DNA of 64,000 nucleotides from the human T2T-CHM13v2.0 reference genome, Homo sapiens. Below are positions 55,141-64,000 of this stretch, piece by piece (the stretch's first letter is position 1; each line of letters starts with the position of its first letter). A program made the translations under genes and the position numbers. The notes under the pieces are model-generated. The model was not told where the DNA came from, did no database searches, and saw only the letters and a program-made list of their open reading frames with translations. The stretch lies in the NCBI RefSeq assembly GCF_009914755.1, contig NC_060925.1; one strand, 5' to 3'.

Positions 55141-58100
55141 CCGGCCATCTAGGCAGGGGAGACAGCGTGGGGGCGTGGCTGGAGGGTGTCGTGGGAGGGG
55201 AGGGGAGAAGGAGATGAGGTGGGAGTAGGGACCCTACCTCTTCTCTGAGCAGCCTTGCTCCTCCCCAGGTTGGCCTCTTTGCGTGTCTTTGTCTCCGTTG
55301 TCAATGTCCTTTTCTGCTTGAAGGTCTTGTGGATGCACCCTGAGGGTCACAGCCAGCTCCTGGAACCAGGGTTTCCTCGTCCCCATCTCCGCCCTCTGGC
55401 CTCACCTGCCGCTGCTTTCTCGGCTCTGCACTCCAGACTTCAGGCTCTTCACACCACTGTGCCTTTGCCCAAGCTATGCCTTCCATTTGGAATTCCTCTC
55501 TGTTTCAGCTTGGCAAACTTCTGCTCCTCCTTCTAGACACAGCTAAAACGACACCTTCCCAGAGAGGGTTGACACCCCCTCCTCTGAATCCTTCCATCCC
55601 AAGGCTCCCTCTCTTAGAGCACAGGACACATTGCAGTAAAACCACTGTTTCCCGGAGGTGGGCCCTATTCATCAGTGTCTGTTGATGAGTCCAAGAAGGA
55701 GGTCCCTTTTTTGTCTATGGCTCTTTAACTTCTGAGGGGACTCCTGGCTGGGGTTGCAGCTGTCACCTTTGGGATCTCTCTCTGACTCTCTCTGAGGCTG
55801 AAGGGGGAAGAAAGAGAATTTGCTCTCTTTGTTTCCTCCTCTCCCCCATGGGGAGGTACCCGACATACTGGCCTAGGCTGGGGGTGGAGCAGCCCCCTGG
55901 CTTGGGAGTTTGCACTTCTCTGCACCAGGAAATGACTTGGAGATGCTCTGTCAAGCACAAGATATAAATTGCAGGCAGTTTTTAAACGTTTGGAGAGATT
56001 GCTTTTTGAGTGGCAACCTGCATCTGTGCATATCGGAGGGGGCGGGGCAGGGCTTCATTTACTTTTCTCTATTCTCTCTCCTCCCTGGGGCTCAGTCCCT
56101 TCTTGGCCAGGCAGGACCCTGGCTCAGGCCTGGGGTAAGACGTAGGGGGCTCTGGACACCATGGGGCCTGGTTGCAGGGGTTCCCCAGGCCCAGCCTCTG
56201 ACCTCCTTCTGAGGGGAGCTGAGCGAGGGGTTGGCAGGCCCTGGCCAAGGAGTCAGTGGACAGGCCGGCAGACAGGTAACAGGCTTACCTGCTGGTGGGC
56301 GGTGTCCCCATCCCCACTCCCCGCTCTCAAACAAGATAGGCTAAGGGGACTTGCTTTCAATGCTTCTCTGCTAGACTGACTTTCAGGGCATTTGATTCGA
56401 CTGCATTTCCTTCTCTTTAAGCCACACTCATCAAATCCCAGAGAGGCCCCAGCTCAGCCTAGATGTTCTCATTTTCTAGACCTTCTGGGGCCATAGGCTG
56501 GGCTTCTGTGTCTGGCTGTGCAGGCTACTGAGGCTTGGGGTTAACGGGAGATAATCTGTCAACCAGGATGATTGCAATGAGGCCAACTGCTGACCCCAGA
56601 GGCAATTATTCATTTGTTTCTTTGTTCATTGATTCATTCATACAAGAAATGTGTTTGAGTGTTTACTCAATACTAGGTATGGCTTAGGAGCCTGGGAATA
56701 GCAGGGTGAATTAACTGGAGTAGGGGCTGCCGTCATGGAGTTTACATAGGAATTTGTTCCTTAGCTTCAGTTCAGCTTTCTCATTGTTTCACAGTGATAG
56801 GAACAGTGCTCCCCACACGGGAGGTTTGAGGAATCAGTGACGGTGAGGCTGTAAAAGCCCTATGAGGTGCAGGGAGGGCTTCATAGGTGAGAACCACACC
56901 CTGCTTCTGGTGTTGTCCTTATTAGCCCTGCACCCTTAGGAAGCTTCCTGAACTTTCTGTGCCTCAGTTGTAAACCGAGAGTGATAGTAATGAGGTATGG
57001 ACATGGAGGGTTGTGGGGAGGATTGAATGGAAGCCACGCCTGGCACAGGGTGAGGGCCACGGGGTGTTTGCTACCCTTTGCCCCTGTGGTATGCTGAGGG
57101 AGGGAGGAGCCAGGGGGCATTCCACGAAGGCAGGGCCATATCTCCCCCTCTCACTATCAAATCCCAGGCCCCAGCTCAGGGCCTGGCACACAGTAGGCAT
57201 TTGGTAAGTAATAAAGGGCACGCCCGTCCCCAGTAAGTGAGTAAAGGGCATGAGATGCTCTGCTTGAGGAAAGACCCAGCTCTGTTCTCAGGGAGCCCCA
57301 GTCTAAGGGAAGGAGTCCTGGTGTGAGGGGAGCCGTGTTCCAACCCTGGAAAAGCCCCGGGCTGAGGAGAGACATGGCAGAAACTTCCGGTCCCAATTCT
57401 CTCATTCTGACTTCCCAGATGGATCACCCCTGACCTCTCTTGGAGCCCAGTCCCAAACCTAGCACAAAGCTGAGTGAGGACTTCCAAGTCAGCCCTGGTG
57501 GGGCTGGTGCTCCTGGCCCCTCCCTGCCTGTCCCTGCCCCTCCTTGCCCATCCTCCCTGCTCATCCTTGTGCCCTGTGCTCCTGTTGGGTCCCTCGAGGG
57601 ATTCTTGCAGGCCCCAGAAGCTTCTTCCAGACAATAACCCTGTCCCTGCTCCTGGGGACATGAGGTCCCCATCCCAGGAGGAGGAGAGGGGAAGCAGAGC
57701 TTCCTGGGCAGGGGTCAAGGATTTGCAGTCAAAACCCATAGGGAATCAGTTTGCTGGGAGGTTGAGGGTTGCTTCCAACCCCAGTAAGGCTTTGGGCCAT
57801 GCCATGGTCCCTGCTCAGGTGGCCCTGCAGTCATGTCCCCTCACAGAAAAGCATCCCTGGGAGGTGGACTCAGCTGGACACAGGGCAAGGGGCCCTTGAA
57901 GGGTAGGGGCCTCCTGGGCAGGCATGGAGCTGGGTTGAGGGCAGAGGCCATGCAATTCCCCCTCCCCACCTGGAAGAGGGAGCTGCCAGCTCCTCCGCAG
58001 CAGTCAGAAGGGCTCCCAGAGGACCTGGCCTCCCCAACACGCTTGGAGAGCTGGTTACGGTTTGAGTTAATGCTCCTTAGAAGGAGCCGATGGGTCCCTC

Positions 58101-58269
58101 CGGGGCCTTTCGGGAGATTACAGATCGCATTCAAACCAATCCACCCTGGAGAGGAAGGGGGAGAGGGAAGGCGAGTGCACTAAATCAGCCATCTGAGCCC
58201 AGGAAGCCAGGAAACCTGGAGAGGGCTGGAGGCAGCACCAGAACAGTGGTAAGGCAAACAATTCCAGAG

Positions 58270-58485
58270 AGCAAACTGTGTGCTAGCCCTGGTCCTAGTA
58301 GTCTAAGGGATCAGCCTCACCTTGGCCTATCGGGTAGGTGCTATTATCGTGCCTATTTGACAGATGAGGAAACAGACTCCAAGAGAGGTTAAGCCACTTG
58401 CATAAGGTCACAGGGCCACTAAGTGGGGCATCAGGGATTCGAACCCAGGCAGCCTGGCATCCCAGCAGCACTGCTTACCACAGTG
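58270..58485 (-). mobile_element. MIR SINE
   Basis: ACAGATGAGGAAACAGACTCCAAGAGAGGTTAAGCCACTTGC...GGATTCGAACCCAGGCAG. Confidence 0.85.
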
Positions 58486-60479
58486 CTGCAAGGTAGAGCA
58501 GCACCTGGCACTACATCAGGAAGTGGATACAACCAGGAGCTGGTGCTGATGTTGAGACCTGGCTGAAGCTGTGTGGACAGGCGCTGGCCTGAGCTCATGC
58601 CTGCAGAGAACACTCCCTATTCTTCTTTGTGTCCAGTGGGCTTGTGGGGGAGACATGGAGCTCACATTCCTGGGATCCCTTCCTCTCGTTGGAGTCTCAA
58701 GGGATAGGGGGTCTGAGAGATGGTCCACCTTTACCACTCCTGGCTCACCCTGCCTGGATGGTTGACCATTCACTCGTACTGAGGCCCAGGACAGAGTCTG
58801 CTTCTCCGATATTTTTTGGGAGGAGATATTCAGGTCTGGGCTGTGCTCTGCTCTGAGGGGGCTGGTGGGAGAGGGTTGGGCTTTCAGGGAAGGTTCTAAG
58901 GGGCTGGTAGCTGCAAGGGCATTTACATCAGGAATAGCACACTCTCAGTCATGGGTAGCCCTATCTCCTACTCCTGGGCCAAGGCAGATCTCCATCTGAC
59001 CTCAAGCTGGCTGTGGGATATGACAAAAGTTCCTAACCCGGAGCTGGAGGGAGGGTGGGTGGGTGTGGCCGCAAAACAGACAGCCGAAAGACACTATCCT
59101 GAGAGACCAAAGAGCCTTCTCCAGCCCTCCTGTCCCCCGGAGTCTCAGGTACCTGAAGTCCCAGGCCACTTTCTTGCTTAAACATTTTCAATGATTTGTA
59201 ATTGCCTGCAGAATAAAGCTCAGTTTGGGCTGCATCTGATTTCCAAAGTTCTTTCATCTTAGCCTGTTGCGGCCAGTCAGTGTACAAGGAGTCTCAAGGG
59301 AAGAGCCGGGACAGGGCTGGGAATGTGCAGCCTCCAAGGGCCCCTTGACAGTGTCGCTATGGAGGTATTCAAGGTTACATTGTTACTTCTCTGGGACACA
59401 CACCCACTCAAGGCCTGGCCAGAGGGGCGGGCTCATTTGTGTGGTTCATTAGGGGATGAATCCCTTCCTTTCTTCCCCTATGGGCTGGGCTTCAGAGTCC
59501 CTTTCTCTGTACTTTTTGCTGCCTTATCCCACAGAATCCTGGATTTGGCAGGGTAACTGATACAATGAAAAACGGCAAATTGCAACTTCGGGGTGTAAAC
59601 AAAATGCAGCATTATTTGTTTCTCCCACTGTGCTTTTGCATTTTATCCTCATGGCTTATTGTTTCACTTTCAGGTAAGAAGGCCATTAAAAAGTCACTTT
59701 TAGGCATAAAATAGGTTTCAATTACAAAATAAGGATGTATAGTCCCAGACGATAATCCACATTTCACATCTGATTTAAAGTCGAATCTTTTCCCTCTTGT
59801 GGAGGGAATCTGGCTTGTGACCAGAACAGCTGACAGATTGCAGGGGACAGGGCATGCTGTAACTGAGTCCTCCAGGGCTGGGGAAGGGGATGGAGGAAGG
59901 GAGGAGGGCAGTGAACTTCCTTTCTCATTCATTCTTGGGTGCTGACTGACGATACGCATCTCCGTCCGTTTCCCCTCAGCTTCCACGTCTCTAATGGGCC
60001 CTCTCCACACAGACTGTTGCTGTTGAGTCCCAGCTCTTCCTGGAAGTCCCCGTGGGCATGACTCAAAATGGTCCCGAGCTGTTCTCTTTCTGGGCTCAGC
60101 AGTGAGCACACAGCCTTTGTCCCCTCATGCACTGGGCATGCAGACACCCCCAGGGCAGCTGCTTCTCTTCTGCCATAGTCTCTTGCCTATGGTAGGAGTT
60201 AGACCCCAGGATGGAGTCTTAGTCAGGCCCCACACTTCATTAGGCACTGTCTGTTGCATCTTGGTGCCTCCGTGAAAACTTCTTTTTAAAATCCCAACGC
60301 GTTACATGTGTCAGAGGACAGTTCCGCCTCCTGCCTACGACAGAGGGTTGGTAACAGGGTGTCCAGAACCAGCCATATCCAGCTGCCTGTGGCGCCCCCC
60401 TCAGCCCTTCCCTGCACATTGGCCATCAGGCAATAAGACTGATAGGAAATTGTCAATCTGAGTAAACTATAGAATATCG

Positions 60480-60972
60480 AACCCCAGTTCTATCCTCAAC
60501 TTGGTGTGTGACCTTGATAGATGTTGTGGCTTCTTCATGCTTCAGTTTTGTCATCTGTGAAATGGGCACACTAGTATTTACCTCATAGATTGTTGAGAAG
60601 AATAGATGAGACAACCAAAAATACTTCGAGCAAGATGCTTGGCACACAGTAAATATCAATAAGTAACAATTTATTATTGTTCTTATTATCTACATACTCT
60701 GGAATTTGGGGGGAAGTGGGGAATAGTAAGAGCATGGGCTATGGAATTTGGAGCAAGACAGATCTGGTTAGACTCTGGCTCAAGTTTTGTGACTGGCCAA
60801 ATTACTAACCTTCTCTGAGCCTCAGTTTCCACAGCTATAAAATGGGCTGCCACTCTCCCAGTTTGCCTCAGGGTTGTTGTGGGGATTTATTGAGAAAAAG
60901 TTGATAATGCTCTGAACTCAGAATTTAGTTTATACTAGGCAATTGATAAAGCGCAGCCATTGTATTCTATTA
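60480..60972 (+). mobile_element. Two tandem MIR SINEs
   Basis: CTTCAGTTTTGTCATCTGTGAAATGGG...CTTGGCACACAGTAAA; AACCTTCTCTGAGCCTCAGTTTCC...TAAAATGGG. Confidence 0.82.
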
Positions 60973-61707
60973 CTGACGGGATACTGGGTTTTCCCAGAGC
61001 TCTAGGAAGTGCCAGTCCTCACCGATGCCCCTTTAAATCAGCCACGCTGCCCTGACTTTATCTGTGCCACTTTAATCACCAAGGAAACAGTGGAGGGACC
61101 CAGATATCACTGAGAAGCCCTTGATTGAGAATTACTGCACCTCACAGGCAGGAATCTCTCCTCCGTTGCCCTTGTCCTGGTGTTGCATGTTGGAATGCAG
61201 CTCTCCATGGTCAAGACCTGGGAACTCAGCCTCAAATTAAATGCAAACAGATGGATATCTCTCATCTGTGTTTTACTCCGACTCTCCAAGCCATCCTGGA
61301 GAATAGGGGAGCTGCGTCTCGGGCCTGCCTTGCTAATGAGCAGGATCATTTTCTGTACCCTCCTCTTGCCATAAAAAGAGAAGAATTGCTTTTCTGTTTG
61401 GCAATCCAGTATCAATATTTCCAGAGTGATATGACAAATAAAACAACCCCAGGCTTTATGAATCTTCTGATAGCTTGGGGAGACTGTGGGAGGATTGCTG
61501 GGAGTGTGGCTCCCCTCTTCCTTGGTCTCACCCCCTACCCATGCAGAGCGACCCAGAGAGTCAAGCTGGGTTAGAGACTCACAGGTGGAAAAGCCCCTTG
61601 GAAACAGACGGAGGTCCAGACAGAAGATGGATGTGCCCAAGTTCGCAGGACAGAGCTAGTACTAGAAACAGGTTTCCCAGCTCCCTGTTCCATACTTTCC
61701 CACTAAA

Positions 61708-62220
<513 letters not shown>

Positions 62221-62352
62221 AGATTCTCAACATCTGCATTTGGGGAAGAACGTTTGGAAGTTTGGACTCTAGTCTTTTTGAAAACAACCAGAATTTTGGG
62301 ATTCTGCTTTGTTGCCTCTCCTTCCCCGTGAGCATTTGCTAAGAAAGGACAG

Positions 62353-62670
62353 GGCCAGGTGCGGTGGCTCATGCCTGTAATCCAGCACTTTGGGAGGCCG
62401 AGGTGGGCAGATCTCCTGAGGTCAGGAGTTAGAGACTAGCCTGGTCAGCATGATGAAACTCTGTTTCTACTAAAAAAAAATACAAAAAATTTAGCTGGGG
62501 TGGTGGTGCATACCTGTAGTACCAGCTGCTTGGGAAGCTGAGGCAAGGATAATTGCTCAAACCCAGGAGGCAGAGGTTGCAGTGAGCCAAGATCGCACCA
62601 CTGTACTCCAGTCTGGGTGACAGAGCAGGACTCTATCTCAAAAAAAAAAAAAAAAAAAGAAAAAAAAGAA
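62353..62670 (+). mobile_element. AluS element
   Basis: Full Alu; AAGAAAGGA on both flanks. Confidence 0.95.
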
Positions 62671-63322
62671 AGGATGGGGAAGCTGCCGTTCAGTTTCAGA
62701 AGAAAGGGTCAAGAAGAGACAAAGCGTCTGAGTGGGATGGGATGGAATCTTCTTCTGGGACCTGACTTCTCTCTAGCTGGGTAGGGTCAACATTTCCTCT
62801 CGGTGAGCAGTAGGAGCCAGTCTGTGAGGGACTGCCTCCCCTCCTCTGGATCCTGGAAGGGGAAAGGACTCCTGGGTTCTCAGTCCTGTGCTGTTGGGGG
62901 CAGCTGTATGTCTGCTGGCAAGGCAATTCACTGGTCTAAGCTAAGCCTGTTCACCTCTGAAACAGGCACGACGACATGACCTGGGTTGTTGTATGATTCA
63001 GTGAGCGAAAGGGCATACAGGTGACTGACCAAGTTCCTGGTTCATAAGAAGTGCTCTATAATTGTTAGTCCTTAACTTCACGTGTTCATTTTTTATTCAA
63101 CAGATGTTGATTTGAAGCCCTGGGCCCTGGGCTGGTTGCTAAGGCTACGGAGCTGGCTGGAATGATTGCTGGTTGGAAGAGGTGGGGCTGCACAGGGTTC
63201 CTGGCCCTTGCTGCTCGTACCTGTGCTAATGCCCTCCCTCCTTTGTCCTCAGCCCCTTCTTACCAGAGCAAAAAGGGATTACGGAGTCCATTGGTTTTTC
63301 AAGTCTTTTTTTTTTTTTTTTA

Positions 63323-63820
<498 letters not shown>

Positions 63821-64000
63821 TCACAGAGCTTATGTGAAATTCTGATACATGAGGAGGATCTAAACAGGCCTCAAAAAAGAAACTGGGGCTCCAGCTTTCC
63901 CTTTAACCCCTCCCTGCCACATAGTCCTAGCACGTAGTTTAAGCACTGTGGATGCAGGTCAACTTTCTCATCTGCTGAAAGAGGGAAGTGAGGAGCCTTG

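Noticed and set aside
60388-60406. Possible minus-strand CTCF motif (GGCGCCCCCCTCAG)
   Set aside because: An extra G removes the conserved AG position and the CCAS start is absent; weak match.

Overview
Primate (human-like, since AluY elements are present) genomic DNA. I find no supportable protein-coding exon, RNA gene, CRISPR array or full CpG island. Roughly half the window is interspersed repeat: about 17 Alu/FLAM copies, many MIR and L2 fragments, MaLR/ERVL solo LTRs (MLT1, MLT2, MST, MER21, LTR16), DNA-transposon relics (MER5, MER53, MER63, MER102, MER112, Tigger) and a ~7.6 kb decayed L1M nested inside an L2. The only ORFs with a recognisable protein match are L1 ORF1/ORF2 relics. From ~26 kb onward there are many repeat-free, AT-enriched islands dense in homeodomain, FOX, SOX, TCF, MEIS and E-box motifs, plus several same-orientation CTCF motifs. 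This suggests a developmental enhancer landscape (gene desert or large intron); that is inference. Structures not explained by ordinary repeats: two ~220-250 bp local non-tandem duplications ~2 kb from their donors (one sandwiched between palindromic AT-rich minisatellites), an ungapped 61-bp-arm inverted repeat at 30.75-30.88 kb, a ~1.1 kb CAGCTG/AGCT-rich switch-like VNTR, a long GAA tract inside an MLT1 LTR, a triplicated splice-acceptor module and an AG|GTAAG recursive-splice-like site. Repeat subfamily calls come from recalled consensus motifs and boundaries are approximate. The locus was not identified and I cannot demonstrate a novel multi-gene system.
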